Of a stretch of 64,000 nucleotides of DNA, positions 47,913-57,835 are shown piece by piece. The stretch's first letter is position 1; the number at the start of each line of letters is the position of its first letter. The position numbers were made by a program, and so were the translations under genes. This DNA comes from Patescibacteria group bacterium (lineage in GTDB: Bacteria; Patescibacteriota; Minisyncoccia; Phycocordibacterales; BOKC01), in NCBI GenBank assembly GCA_038062955.1, contig JBBTWE010000001.1, positions 554,271-618,270 of the forward strand, written 5' to 3'. Below the pieces are notes generated by a model that did no database searches, was not told the origin of the DNA, and saw only the letters and a list, made by a program, of their open reading frames with translations.

Positions 47913-48533
47913 TTAGGAATTATCCTTCAAGTTCCTGAGCGTCACTTGTGAAGTGAAAGTAAGCGGTGCCGGCAACTTATTTGAATTATTATCAATAACA
48001 ACAGTTACTTTTATAAGTCTGATGGAAAGCAAATCAATCGGAGTAGAAAGTGGCGCGGAAGTGCCGTCATAATTAGTGTCGTAGTACTCAAAAATTGGAG
48101 TGCTAGTTGAGTTGGCAATATCTGTCGCAAGTACAGATACGACTTCAGAGGCTGGATTATAAACAAGCGGAGAACCAACAGGGTTAATGACCCCTTTCAT
48201 GATTGTGCTTCCCTGCTTATAATACCGCACTTGTTCTATAATCGGATCATCGTCAACATCAGAAAAAAAAGTAATCGAGGAAGTTGCGACACTCACGATC
48301 GGAAAAGCACCAAGATTTGAAGAAGCCGATTTACGAAGTTCTGGAATAATAGTTCTCATTACGTTTTGACCTTGAAAATGGGAATTAAGACTAGACTGGC
48401 TCAATCCATTTAAAACAAATATGTCGCTCTCCAAACGAAACACCATAAATACAACGAAAGAAAGAATGCCAATAACCACAACTAATTCCAGTAAGGTGAA
48501 TCCGTTTTGTTTATTTTTATAATACTTAAACAT
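47913..48533 (-). CDS. Type IV pilin-like protein
   Basis: KNKQNG|FTLLELVVVIGILS prepilin motif with Glu+5. Start trimmed to MFKYY. Confidence 0.7.
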   Translation of the reverse strand: MFKYYKNKQNGFTLLELVVVIGILSFVVFMVFRLESDIFVLNGLSQSSLNSHFQGQNVMRTIIPELRKSASSNLGAFPIVSVATSSITFFSDVDDDPIIEQVRYYKQGSTIMKGVINPVGSPLVYNPASEVVSVLATDIANSTSTPIFEYYDTNYDGTSAPLSTPIDLLSIRLIKVTVVIDNNSNKLPAPLTFTSQVTLRNLKDNS

Positions 48534-48550
48534 TTGTAATTGATTGATTT

Positions 48551-50341
48551 TTATAAAGGGGAAAGCAATACCTCTTGTTGTTGCCAATTATTAGAAACAG
48601 AAACCTGTGTGGAGGATGTCGCATAATCTTCGTGTGAAATCGTAAGATCATAAGTGCCAGAACCAAGACCGTTAAAAAGAACTTGTCCTGGAGGAATACA
48701 GCTTGAAGTGAAGGTGAATGAAATATTTGAAACATTTGGAGAAATGCTCGTGTCGGCGGTAGAAAGATATAATTTATATCTCAAGAATTGATTGCTATTA
48801 TGAACTGAACTGATATTAGTATTTGATGTCGTGTAAAATGTGCTGGCTGTGCCGTCCGGACCCAAGAAATTCCACGTTTCTGTATCGTTATTGGTGGCAA
48901 TTTGATACTTAACACTGTCTACTCCGCTTAAAATTGGCTGATCTCCAGGTTGCCACAACAATTGCTGAAAATTATTTGGCGCCCCAGTATCAAAAGTAGA
49001 AGAAGTTAAAGTGCCAGATCCATCGTAAGTCCCAAGAAAATTAGTGAGCTTGAGTTCCCCGCTTGGATTGTCAATATCAACATTGGAAGAAGAAAAATAC
49101 ATGCTTGGGTCGCTTGACGTTGCTTGCCCAGAACCACCGTCCCAGTTAGTTTGTGAGATAAACCCAAGCCCTGTCATAAGAGTTTCATCGTAACCGGTTT
49201 TTTCTAGTCTGACAGTTGCATTAGCAAGAGGTAATCCTGTAGCCAAATCTTTAACAACCGCTAGAAGATTGCGTGGATTTGTTGGAGCAACAACCAACAT
49301 GACTTCTTGTAAAGCGTTCGGCACCAAAGATACTGGGAAAATAGGGTTTGTGCCAGCTAAATCATAAGACGTGTCTGTGAGCAAAAGAGAGTAGGTGTCC
49401 CATTCAAGACCAGATACTGTTTTGGTCCCTGCCCCGCCCGTAATATAATTTTGATCAAATTTAAAAACATCTGGATTGGTACCAATGAGCCGATCGCCCT
49501 TGAGAGAAAAATCTACCGATGACACAGGTGAGCAGGTCTGCGTAACTGTAGAGATATTCATTGTGCTCTCTTCATCAATTATAAAACTTATTTGGGTGAC
49601 TTGTTGTAATGCGACCGTTGCATGCGGTTTAATCGGATTTGGGTTCCCCACTGCCCCGGGCGTGTATGTTTGATCTGAAGTGTATCCACTCTTTGTAATT
49701 GTAATTTCATAGGCTGTATCCCCAGGTGGGACATCCACAATCTGAAGCATCCCTGAAATATTTGTGCTGTCATCGATTATCACAGCAGGGTTAATTTGAT
49801 TGTTTTCAATATGCACAGAAGCATCTTCCACAGGTTGACCATTCGCATTAAAAACTCGCACAAAAAGCGCGCCATTACTTGAAGTAGTTTCAAGATTCTT
49901 TGGGGCTACTTTAGTATTAACAAAAATAGAATTAAAACTGCCACAGAGAGAACATCCGATCTCAAGTTCTACCAGTTTATAATCTGCTGGTGACAAATCA
50001 TTTGGACTACCTCCAAGAGTGCCGTCGTAAGAATCATCAATGTTTCTGATCGTAGCTGTTACGCTAAAAGTAACATTGCTTCTCGTTAGAGTCTGGACAT
50101 GGGGAATCTTTCCGCTGGGTATACCACTCACAACTCCAACATCGACATACGGCAAATTGCGAATAATTTCAAATTGCTCGTTGGCCAAAGCCATGGCAAT
50201 AACCCTATTTCTCGAAACATTTATAACTTTTATGATCTCGGAAAAAGCTTGGAAAGCGCTTATCGCAACAACAGAAAAAAGAGCTACGCTAACGACTAGC
50301 TCCACGAGAGTCAGACCTGATTTATTGCGTAACTTTTTCAT
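48551..50341 (-). CDS. Large type IV pilin-like protein (596 aa)
   Basis: KSG|LTLVELVVSVALFSVV prepilin motif. Confidence 0.7.
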   Translation of the reverse strand: MKKLRNKSGLTLVELVVSVALFSVVAISAFQAFSEIIKVINVSRNRVIAMALANEQFEIIRNLPYVDVGVVSGIPSGKIPHVQTLTRSNVTFSVTATIRNIDDSYDGTLGGSPNDLSPADYKLVELEIGCSLCGSFNSIFVNTKVAPKNLETTSSNGALFVRVFNANGQPVEDASVHIENNQINPAVIIDDSTNISGMLQIVDVPPGDTAYEITITKSGYTSDQTYTPGAVGNPNPIKPHATVALQQVTQISFIIDEESTMNISTVTQTCSPVSSVDFSLKGDRLIGTNPDVFKFDQNYITGGAGTKTVSGLEWDTYSLLLTDTSYDLAGTNPIFPVSLVPNALQEVMLVVAPTNPRNLLAVVKDLATGLPLANATVRLEKTGYDETLMTGLGFISQTNWDGGSGQATSSDPSMYFSSSNVDIDNPSGELKLTNFLGTYDGSGTLTSSTFDTGAPNNFQQLLWQPGDQPILSGVDSVKYQIATNNDTETWNFLGPDGTASTFYTTSNTNISSVHNSNQFLRYKLYLSTADTSISPNVSNISFTFTSSCIPPGQVLFNGLGSGTYDLTISHEDYATSSTQVSVSNNWQQQEVLLSPL

Positions 50342-50370
50342 TTAAAATATTTTAACTCAACCAAATTTTA

Positions 50371-50549
50371 GAACTCTCAAATTCGGTGCATACCTTTGTT
50401 ACTTCGCTCCGAGAGCCTCCCTCAACGTATTATTAAATACGTCTCGTTATGGTTCACCATAGAAATCATGTCGGAAGATTTTTTATCACGAAGTGATATA
50501 AAATTTCCGACTCGCTCGTACCTCGGTCTGCATCCGAATTTGAGAGTTC
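50371..50549. mobile_element. MITE-like element between pilin gene and pilC
   Basis: TIR GAACTCTCAAATTCGGTGCA / TGCATCCGAATTTGAGAGTTC (20 bp, one mismatch). Modules: CGCTCCGAGAGCCTCCCTCAACGTATTATTAAATACGTCTCG, and GAAATCATGTCGGAAGATTTTTTATCACGAAGTGATATAAAATTTCCGACTC. Confidence 0.65.
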
Positions 50550-50552
50550 TAA

Positions 50553-51776
50553 CTAGATAGCGTCGGCGAGGGAGTAAATCGGCCCCAACATGGAAACTGC
50601 AAAAATCCCAACAAAAAGACCGATGCAGACCATCAAGAGAGGTTCTATGATCGTTGAGAAATTTTTAGTTTTCTGGTTAACTTCATCCTCATAAAAATCA
50701 GCGACATTTGAAAGCATGACAGACAATTTTCCTGTTTCTTCACCAATACTTGCCATTTCTCCAACAAACGGCGGGTAGAGATTTTGAACATCCGGTCTTA
50801 GAAAAATAGCTGAAATAACATCCCCTTTTTGAACGCCTTCTTCGGCTTGTTTCAGGACCTTTCTATAAAATGGATTTTGGACTACATCTCGAGTAATTCT
50901 TATCGCAACAAGAAAATCAACTCCAGAAGAAAGAAGGGAGGATAAGGTTCTCGCAGTTTTAGCTGAATTGCTTTCTTTAATAAGGGTCGAGGCAATCGGC
51001 ATTTTAAGTGCTATGAAGCTAAAGAATTTTTTTCCACCTTTGGTTTTTAAAACGAAAGAAAAAGCGGTAATAAAAAGTAAAATTGCTCCAGCCACTACAA
51101 TGTAGTGATTTTTTAGAAAATCGCTTAATTTTATAATTATTCTGGTAGAAAGAGGTAGCTCAACATTTAAATCTTTGAAAGTGGCAGTCAAGGAAGGCAC
51201 CAAAAAAATTAAAAGTAAAACACCAATTATAACCATAACTGTTATGACTATGGCGGGATAGATCATCGCTCCCCGAAGTCTTTTCATCAACATATAGATT
51301 TTTTCCATCTGATCAGAAATAGATTTGAGAGACTTTGCTATTGTACCGCTTTCCTCTCCAGCTTTAACCATAGAGACAAATATTGGAGGAAAAACCTTCG
51401 GGAAACCGGCGAAGCTTTGGCTTAAAGAGTCACCTTTATTAATATTATTTTGCATCGTAACAAAAATATCCTTCAATTTTGGGTTCTTAGTTTGTCTCTC
51501 TAACACTGAAAGAGAGCGAATGAGTGGAAGCCCTGATTCAAGCATTGAACCTAAATTTCTAGCAAAGCTGATTTTGTCATTAGTGCTTATGCGATGAAAA
51601 AAACCTTCCAATTTAAGCTTTAACTTATTATTAGAATTTGATTTTTCTTCTGTAACAGAAATAACTGTATCACCGCTAATCCGAAGATCATGAAAAATGG
51701 AGTTTTTATCCGAAGCCTCTCGAACTTCTTCGTATCGTCCGCCATTGTTTTTTATTGCTATGATTTTAAATTTCAT
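50553..51776 (-). CDS. pilC: Type IV pilus assembly platform protein PilC (GspF family)
   Basis: Two GspF repeats, 3 TM. Confidence 0.85.
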   Translation of the reverse strand: MKFKIIAIKNNGGRYEEVREASDKNSIFHDLRISGDTVISVTEEKSNSNNKLKLKLEGFFHRISTNDKISFARNLGSMLESGLPLIRSLSVLERQTKNPKLKDIFVTMQNNINKGDSLSQSFAGFPKVFPPIFVSMVKAGEESGTIAKSLKSISDQMEKIYMLMKRLRGAMIYPAIVITVMVIIGVLLLIFLVPSLTATFKDLNVELPLSTRIIIKLSDFLKNHYIVVAGAILLFITAFSFVLKTKGGKKFFSFIALKMPIASTLIKESNSAKTARTLSSLLSSGVDFLVAIRITRDVVQNPFYRKVLKQAEEGVQKGDVISAIFLRPDVQNLYPPFVGEMASIGEETGKLSVMLSNVADFYEDEVNQKTKNFSTIIEPLLMVCIGLFVGIFAVSMLGPIYSLADAI

Positions 51777-51798
51777 GTTTGTTGCTTAAATTTTTGTA

Positions 51799-51874
51799 GA
51801 ACTTTCAGATTCCTGCCTGCCGGCAGGCAGGTGAGACAAGTTTTAGTAAAAAAATTGGCCGAATCTGGAAGTTC
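51799..51874. mobile_element. Short MITE-like element between pilC and pilB
   Basis: TIR GAACTTTCAGATTC / GAATCTGGAAGTTC enclosing the CCTGCCTGCCGGCAGGCAGG palindrome. Confidence 0.55.
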
Positions 51875-51875
51875 T

Positions 51876-53624
51876 TTACTCTGATACTACTCTAAGTATC
51901 TCCTCAAGCGTCGTAAGCCCCTGAACCGCTTTAAAAACACCGTCTTCAATCATTGTAATCATACCTTCTTCTTTGGCTTGTTTCTCAATAATTTTATCAG
52001 CTTTTTCTTGAAGAATCAGTTCTTTTATCGCGGGTGATACTTTCAAAATTTCATAAATTCCCATTCTACCGGAGTAACCATCTTCAGAATCTTCAGTTAT
52101 TTTGGGTTTGTAAAAAGGGATTTTGTCCCACTCTGCACCAGGAGGAACTATTGATTCCATCTTTAAAAACTTGAGAACTCTTTTTAGATCCACCGCTTTG
52201 CTTAAAGTATCAAGTTCTTCTTTTTTGAGAAAATATTTTTCTTTTTTTTCAGTAAGTTTTCTCACCAACCTCTGCCCAATGATAACATTCACGGTAGAAA
52301 CTATTAAGAATGGCTCCGCTTTCATATCAATAAGTCTTGGGATAGCGCCAGCCGCTGAATTGGTGTGGAGGGTCGATAAAACCAAGTGCCCAGTGAGAGA
52401 CGCATTTATGGCAAGAGAAGCGGTTTCATTGTCTCTAATTTCTCCCACCATAATAATATCGGGGTCTTGTCGGACCAGAGCTCTTAGTCCGTTTGAAAAT
52501 GTGAGTCCAATTTCAGGCTTAACTTGAGTTTGGTTGACTCGGTTTATCTGATATTCAACTGGGTCCTCAATCGTGGAAATATTCACTCTCGGCACATTCA
52601 GAATCTCAAGAACCGTGTAAAGTGTGGTGGTTTTCCCTGATCCTGTTGGGCCAGTAGTCAAAATCATTCCTGTAGTAGCTCGAGTAGCGCTATGAAGTTT
52701 TTCCAGGCCTTCTCCATGAAAACCGAGAGCTTCTAATGTAAACCCAGAGGCATCTTCCCGTAGTAATCGCATAACCGCTTTTTCACCAAAATATATTGGC
52801 AATGTTGAAACACGAAAAGAAACCTTTTCGCCGTTCATATCTATTTTAAACCTCCCGTCTTGCGGCAATCTTTTCTCATCAAGTTTTAGATTAGACAAAA
52901 CCTTTATGCGAGCAATTATACTTAGAGCGACATTTTTAGGGAGAATCATAGCATCTCGCAGAATTCCATCAATGCGATACCTTACCACGACTTTTTCTTC
53001 TGTTGGTTCAATATGAATATCGGAAGCATTTTGGATAATCGCATGTTTTAGCAAAGTGTCGACTATTCTGACAACAGGCAAATCTTCCGCGAGTTTTTTA
53101 AGATCACTTCCTGAAAGATCTTCCTGCCCTTCTGGAATAGATTTCAAAGAAACTGCTTCTTTTTGAATAATATCTCCGAACTCCGCTCTTAAACTTTTTT
53201 GATACTGCAGTAAAACGCTTTTTATTGATTCAGCATCTGTTAACCTAGGAAGAATCCGAAGCGCAACTTTTTTCCTTACAAAATCAATAGCTGACAAATC
53301 AGTTGAGTCGAGCATAGCGACCTCAAGAAAATCTGGCCCTTTCTTAAAAGCGATAATGTTGTGGTTACGAGCAACTGGCTCCGGAATAAGTGACAATATT
53401 TCAAAATCTATTTTTTGATTCTTTAAATCAACAAAAGGGATACCGAGGATCATTGCTTGAACCCGTCGGAGTTCATTCTGATCAATCTTACCCTTACGAA
53501 GAAGCACTTTCTCTAAGTTTTCATTCTTTTCCAGAGATTCTTTTTCCACTTCCTTAAAATCTTTTAAGGAAATTAAACCTGAATCTATAATGAATTCTTT
53601 GAGTTGTTGATCAGTAACTTGCAT
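51876..53624 (-). CDS. pilB: Type IV pilus assembly ATPase PilB/GspE
   Basis: Walker A GPTGSGKTTTLY, Asp/His boxes, N-terminal GSPII domain. Confidence 0.9.
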   Translation of the reverse strand: MQVTDQQLKEFIIDSGLISLKDFKEVEKESLEKNENLEKVLLRKGKIDQNELRRVQAMILGIPFVDLKNQKIDFEILSLIPEPVARNHNIIAFKKGPDFLEVAMLDSTDLSAIDFVRKKVALRILPRLTDAESIKSVLLQYQKSLRAEFGDIIQKEAVSLKSIPEGQEDLSGSDLKKLAEDLPVVRIVDTLLKHAIIQNASDIHIEPTEEKVVVRYRIDGILRDAMILPKNVALSIIARIKVLSNLKLDEKRLPQDGRFKIDMNGEKVSFRVSTLPIYFGEKAVMRLLREDASGFTLEALGFHGEGLEKLHSATRATTGMILTTGPTGSGKTTTLYTVLEILNVPRVNISTIEDPVEYQINRVNQTQVKPEIGLTFSNGLRALVRQDPDIIMVGEIRDNETASLAINASLTGHLVLSTLHTNSAAGAIPRLIDMKAEPFLIVSTVNVIIGQRLVRKLTEKKEKYFLKKEELDTLSKAVDLKRVLKFLKMESIVPPGAEWDKIPFYKPKITEDSEDGYSGRMGIYEILKVSPAIKELILQEKADKIIEKQAKEEGMITMIEDGVFKAVQGLTTLEEILRVVSE

Positions 53625-53767
53625 AAGTTTAGGTTTTGGGAGATTACCTGCCTGCTGACAAGGGCACTAGGCACTAGGAAACTTTAAAATCCAACCAGAA
53701 AAAACGGTGTGATACTCACAAAAGGAGAATTAACTACAAAAAATTAAAAAATCTTAAAAAATGATTT

Positions 53768-54365
53768 TTATTCTGGAAGTTGAGCTGGAAACAGAAACTC
53801 GCAGCAAACCACAAAGGCAGTAACTGGTACTGATTCTTGACATGTTACGCTCCACTCGTCATCACCTACTGGTTCTGAAATTTCAATTGAAGAATTTGGG
53901 CATGATCCTCCACCTCCAGTTCTCGCTTTTGGCAAACTTCCACATTCAGCGGTAACACTACCAACACCACTAGCACTTCCTGTGGTGCAAGACAGACTAG
54001 AAGCGACAAGGCTAGTTGACCATCCAAGAGTTCCTTCGTTGTCAGTAGCCACCAAAGCCTTGCCGGTCGAAGGAGAACCGCTGGTTATTTTTAGAGTACC
54101 TCCAATTTCAAAGTTGCTGTTAATAAACCCCCCTCCAGTAGAACCTAAAAATCCTCCCCAAAAAGAATCGATTACATTGAATTTGCCAAGTTTAGTCTGT
54201 TCAGAACTCCCCGCATTTATTGGAGCTTCAACGTTTCCACCAAAAGGAGCGGCGGTTGGTCCTGTCCAACCATATACAATACTTATTCCAGCACTCAATA
54301 TAACGGCGAGTGCAATAATTTTTGCAGTTGTGAGATATTTATTGATTTTTTTTGTTAATTTCATC
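53768..54365 (-). CDS. Secreted/anchored Gly/Ser/Thr-rich hypothetical protein
   Basis: Start MKLTKKINKYLTTAKIIALAVILSA (signal anchor). The 26 nt before ATG are identical to the 26 nt before rpmI ATG at 9302. Confidence 0.5.
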
Positions 54366-54475
54366 CCGTAGTGAAATTTCAGGTCGTTCCCACAGAACAC
54401 GCGAGAACTATCCTAGAAATTTGTTTATTATTTTATACCCGCAATTAGTATTTTAAACCTGAAATTCTACTACGG
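54364..54475. repeat. Inverted repeat CCCGTAGTGAAATTTCAGGT ... ACCTGAAATTCTACTACGGG flanking about 70 bp
   Basis: Family B-related. One arm doubles as the 5' leader of gene 53768-54365. Confidence 0.65.
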
Positions 54476-54483
54476 GATCATGT

Positions 54484-54828
54484 TTATAGATTTTGTTGTG
54501 CTTGCAATCGCGATTCTATCGAACTTTTTTCTTCGGTCGATAATTCTTGAACTTCGGTTTCCAACTCTTTTTCAATATTTTCTCTGTCTTCTAAGCCAAG
54601 TTCTTTTTTAGCCCAGCTGCCCAAAACCCTCTTCTCAATACTTATTCTTTTTTCGGCCGAAAACCCAGGATGTTTAGTTTCGAAGTCAAGAAATAGGTTT
54701 GTTTCTGTGTTAATTATAACAAGGAGTCCGATAATTGCTAGGGAGAAGCTCACTATAAAAAACAACCAGTACAGTTGGCTTTTTCTGGCCTTCTTCTCAA
54801 TCTCTTCAATATAAAAATAATGTGACAT
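54484..54828 (-). CDS. Small single-TM hypothetical protein
   Basis: 114 aa, one TM, Glu-rich C-terminus. Confidence 0.4.
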   Translation of the reverse strand: MSHYFYIEEIEKKARKSQLYWLFFIVSFSLAIIGLLVIINTETNLFLDFETKHPGFSAEKRISIEKRVLGSWAKKELGLEDRENIEKELETEVQELSTEEKSSIESRLQAQQNL

Positions 54829-54848
54829 TGTATTTTTTTAAACTAATC

Positions 54849-56114
54849 CTAAAATTCAAGCATTTGAAAAACTCTAGGAATTATATTTACAATCGGACAA
54901 TCACTAAAAGAAACTCCATTATTTATAGACACTTTTGGTTTCTTCGGACCAATAGTAGAGTAAGAAACCTCACAAATGTCTGACAGACAGCTATCTGTTT
55001 CTGCATCGCTCCACAAAAACTCCTCATCGCCTATTGGATTTGTAATTGTTGCCTGATAAGTAACCGTTTGGCCAGGATAAAATACAACTTCATCCACGTC
55101 ACAAGAAACTTCTGGATCAGGTATCGGCGGAATCACTTTGAATTTAACTTCTGTTGTTCGTACTATCTCGCTCAAACTAGAAACTCCTCCAATCGTAAAT
55201 TCATATTGGCCGGTCGAAGCTTCTGGTTCAACTTCTATTGTAACCGAACTAGCGCAATTTGGATTAAGCCAGCTTATACTGCACGGATTGTTTGAAACAA
55301 TAGTAATAGTTACGGGAGAACCAGCTCCTGAAACCACTGAAAGAGTTATAGATTCTTGTGTCATACCGGCAAGCAATTCTCTATCAACGCTAATATTCCC
55401 AGTATTTCCCTGCTCTATCTCTAACTCATAATCTGGACTGGTGTTTGAAAGATCATAATCAAAATCTTCATCTTCCGGAGGACCGAACGAAACATTGTAA
55501 AAATTAATCCAGCCCACAACATCACTCCCCCAAGCACTACCTACCAGTTTTTTTATTTCTTCATCGTAAGTCACTCCACCTGTTCCACTAAACTGCGGAG
55601 AAGGATAATTGGTCTTATTAGACAAACTTATCCAACCATCCCAACCATCAGTGCGAGATGTCATAGAACTACAATTGCCACTTGCTGTGCCAGCACAAGC
55701 CCTAACCCAACCTTCAACTTTACCTTCTTCAGATCCATTAAACTTAATCAGAGCATTACTACCTTGATCAGTGGAAGGAAATCCCGACAACCCATCAAAT
55801 TTTATCCAACCAATATTGTCAGACCATGCTGATCCAGACATTAAGCCGGTTTTATTGTTTACTTTGACTGAATAATCTACCGCCCCGCAATTTTCCGAGC
55901 CTTCTGTTGGGCAATTGTTGAAACTTACCCATCCGATATTGTCAGACCATGCTTGCCCATAAAGAGTTGTTTCGCTAGGTGCGGCTTCAACTTGTTGTTC
56001 TAAATTAAAAATTGGCAAAAAACTAATTACTGTAAGTAAAGTAAAAGTGATCAAAAGAAAAAGAGGTGGATTTAAAAATCTGCCTTTTGTGATTCTCACA
56101 TGGAGCTTAGACAT
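54849..56114 (-). CDS. Secreted repeat protein (AWSDNIGW motif repeats)
   Basis: Signal anchor. Three copies of G-x-AWS-D-N-I-G-W-[VI]-x-F and a related WDGWISL. Cys-rich C-terminal half. Confidence 0.5.
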   Translation of the reverse strand: MSKLHVRITKGRFLNPPLFLLITFTLLTVISFLPIFNLEQQVEAAPSETTLYGQAWSDNIGWVSFNNCPTEGSENCGAVDYSVKVNNKTGLMSGSAWSDNIGWIKFDGLSGFPSTDQGSNALIKFNGSEEGKVEGWVRACAGTASGNCSSMTSRTDGWDGWISLSNKTNYPSPQFSGTGGVTYDEEIKKLVGSAWGSDVVGWINFYNVSFGPPEDEDFDYDLSNTSPDYELEIEQGNTGNISVDRELLAGMTQESITLSVVSGAGSPVTITIVSNNPCSISWLNPNCASSVTIEVEPEASTGQYEFTIGGVSSLSEIVRTTEVKFKVIPPIPDPEVSCDVDEVVFYPGQTVTYQATITNPIGDEEFLWSDAETDSCLSDICEVSYSTIGPKKPKVSINNGVSFSDCPIVNIIPRVFQMLEF

Positions 56115-56187
56115 TTTATAATTATAAAAGAATAGAAGAAAAAACCCTAATGGGGTTTATTAACATTAAACAAATCTTAAGGTATGA

Positions 56188-56304
56188 AAGAATCGATCGC
56201 TACTCGATCATTCCCCTTGTTGGATAAATTTTCGTTTTTCAAACTCAAATTTATGCTCAACAAGGCTTCGATTCTCTAAACATGCGATTAAGATCGCATG
56301 TTTC
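56188..56304 (-). other. tRNA-linked composite structured element, copy 1 (90-nt element plus hairpin) downstream of tRNA-Pro
   Basis: Minus-strand: tRNA-Pro, then GAACGAAGTGA, then hairpin AAACATGCGAT-ctta-ATCGCATGTTT, then 90-nt element closed by GAGAATCGA/TCGATTCTT. 62-nt core identical to the copy at 57689-57778. Flanking stems differ by compensatory changes. Confidence 0.6.
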
Positions 56305-56318
56305 GCTCTCACTTCGTT

Positions 56319-56388
56319 CGGGGCGCCGAGAATCGAACTCGGGCCACATGATCCCAAATCATGTATACTACCGCTATACTACGCCCCG
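56319..56388 (-). tRNA. tRNA-Pro (anticodon UGG)
   Basis: Manual cloverleaf: acceptor CGGGGCG/CGCCCCG, anticodon loop UUUGGGA, T-arm CCGAG-UUCGAUU-CUCGG. Confidence 0.7.
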
Positions 56389-56479
56389 TTTTTAAACAAA
56401 CAAAACTTATACTTAATGCGACATCGAAATAAATGTTATGTTATGCTAGCATATTCCTGTTCGGTAATGAAATTCCAAA

Positions 56480-56797
56480 ATGAAAATTGATAGGAAGTTT
56501 CAAAGAACAGTTGAAGATTTTAAATGCACACATTGTGGAGCTGAAATTAAAGGAAATGGCTACACAAATCATTGTGAGAACTGTCTCTGGAGTAAACATG
56601 TAGACAAAAACCCAGGCGATAGGTCTTCAAATTGCAATGGCGAAATGCCACCATTGAGTGTATTCCAAAGAAAAGGAAACTATTTTTTGGTTCATAAATG
56701 CACGAAATGTGGTTTAGAGAAAAACAATAAAGTGTCCGGCAAAGATGATTTTGAAAAGGTGCTTCATCTTTCAAGTGGTATAGAAAAGAAAAAGTAA
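56480..56797 (+). CDS. RNHCP-domain zinc-ribbon protein
   Basis: CTHCG...NHCENC...CTKCG motifs. Confidence 0.6.
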   Translation: MKIDRKFQRTVEDFKCTHCGAEIKGNGYTNHCENCLWSKHVDKNPGDRSSNCNGEMPPLSVFQRKGNYFLVHKCTKCGLEKNNKVSGKDDFEKVLHLSSGIEKKK

Positions 56798-56807
56798 AAA
56801 ATGTAAA

Positions 56808-56881
56808 GCGGGATTAGTTAAATGGTATAACTCCAGTTTTCCAAACTGGTGTCGGGAGTTCGATTCTCCCATCCCGCACCA
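56808..56881 (+). tRNA. tRNA-Gly (anticodon UCC), CCA encoded
   Basis: GCGGGAT acceptor, anticodon stem CCAGU / loop UUUCCAA, T-arm GGGAG-UUCGAUU-CUCCC, 3' ATCCCGCACCA. Confidence 0.8.
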
Positions 56882-56896
56882 ATAGAGCGAAGCTGG

Positions 56897-57026
56897 GCGG
56901 GATAGAACGTGCCTGCGCACGTTCGTGGGAGAATCGAAAGGGTTTTCGATGTTTCTGAAAAGCTTTGTTTTGAGGAAACCGAAAACCACCTGACTACGTG
57001 ATAGCCGATTCTCTCACCCCGCACCA
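56897..57026 (+). other. tRNA-like composite element, copy 3, downstream of tRNA-Gly(UCC)
   Basis: Begins GCGGGATAG (same as the tRNA 5' end). Then 8-bp hairpin GAACGTGC-ctgc-GCACGTTC. Then long element closed by GAGAATCG...CGATTCTC. Ends CCCCGCACCA (copy of the tRNA 3' end). Confidence 0.5.
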
Positions 57027-57042
57027 ATTTAGTATCAGTTCC

Positions 57043-57438
57043 CTACTCCGGCACCACATCTTCAATAATTTTTACTCGAGCAACTTTCTTAATCGGGTCA
57101 AAAAGAATTGAAATGACTAAGAAATTCCAATCCGAATCTTCTTTGTGTTTGCTCCATAAGTAAACCTGGATTGTTTTAGAAATTCGACGAAGTTTCCCCG
57201 CATTTACTTTTTCTTCCGGACGAGGACGATTTATCAAAGACAAAGATTCTAATTGTTTTAAATCCACCGTTTCTGTTTTTACCTCAACAAAACATATTTG
57301 TTTGTCTTTTTCAGCAACTATATCGATTTCGCCGCATTTTTTAGAATAATTCCTATCTAAAATTTTATATCCTTTTTCTATAAGGATTTTGCAGGCTATA
57401 TCCTCACCTTTATTCCCTGTTTTCTTTTTCTCAAACAT
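57043..57438 (-). CDS. yraN: YraN family (UPF0102) endonuclease-like protein
   Basis: GEIDIVA...FVEVK core. Confidence 0.7.
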   Translation of the reverse strand: MFEKKKTGNKGEDIACKILIEKGYKILDRNYSKKCGEIDIVAEKDKQICFVEVKTETVDLKQLESLSLINRPRPEEKVNAGKLRRISKTIQVYLWSKHKEDSDWNFLVISILFDPIKKVARVKIIEDVVPE

Positions 57439-57676
57439 TAATTAGAAATAAAAAAACAATTTTTTAGACCTTTTTAAACAGACTAAATGACCAGAATAAC
57501 CTTAAGGGACTGCTTTTTGTCTTTAAATACACATTTCCACAGACTTATCCACAGTTCCTAAACAAACTTTTTAGATTAAATTTTTCAAAGAGGGCTTATT
57601 TTATAAACTTTCCAAAAAAATTATTTTTAATTTATACCTTAATATTGCCTAATCAATATTTTTAAGGACATTTTTT

Positions 57677-57803
57677 GGTGCGGGTGCCGGGAATCGACCG
57701 TTACTCGGTCAGTCCCCTTGTTGGATAAATTTTCGTTTTTCAAACTCAAATTTATGCTCAACAAGGCTTCGATTCCCTGAAAAAGTGCTTCCGAGCACTT
57801 TTT
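57677..57803 (-). other. tRNA-linked composite structured element, copy 2, downstream of tRNA-Gly(GCC)
   Basis: Minus-strand: tRNA-Gly, then GAACGAAGTGA, then hairpin AAAAGTGCTCGGAAGCACTTTT, then 90-nt element (GGGAATCGA...TCGATTCCC), then GGCACCCGCACCA. The last 22 of 24 nt match the tRNA-Gly(GCC) 3' end GGTTCGATTCCCGGTACCCGCAC. Confidence 0.6.
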
Positions 57804-57835
57804 CTACCCTTTCTAATTTCACTTCGTTCAATTTG

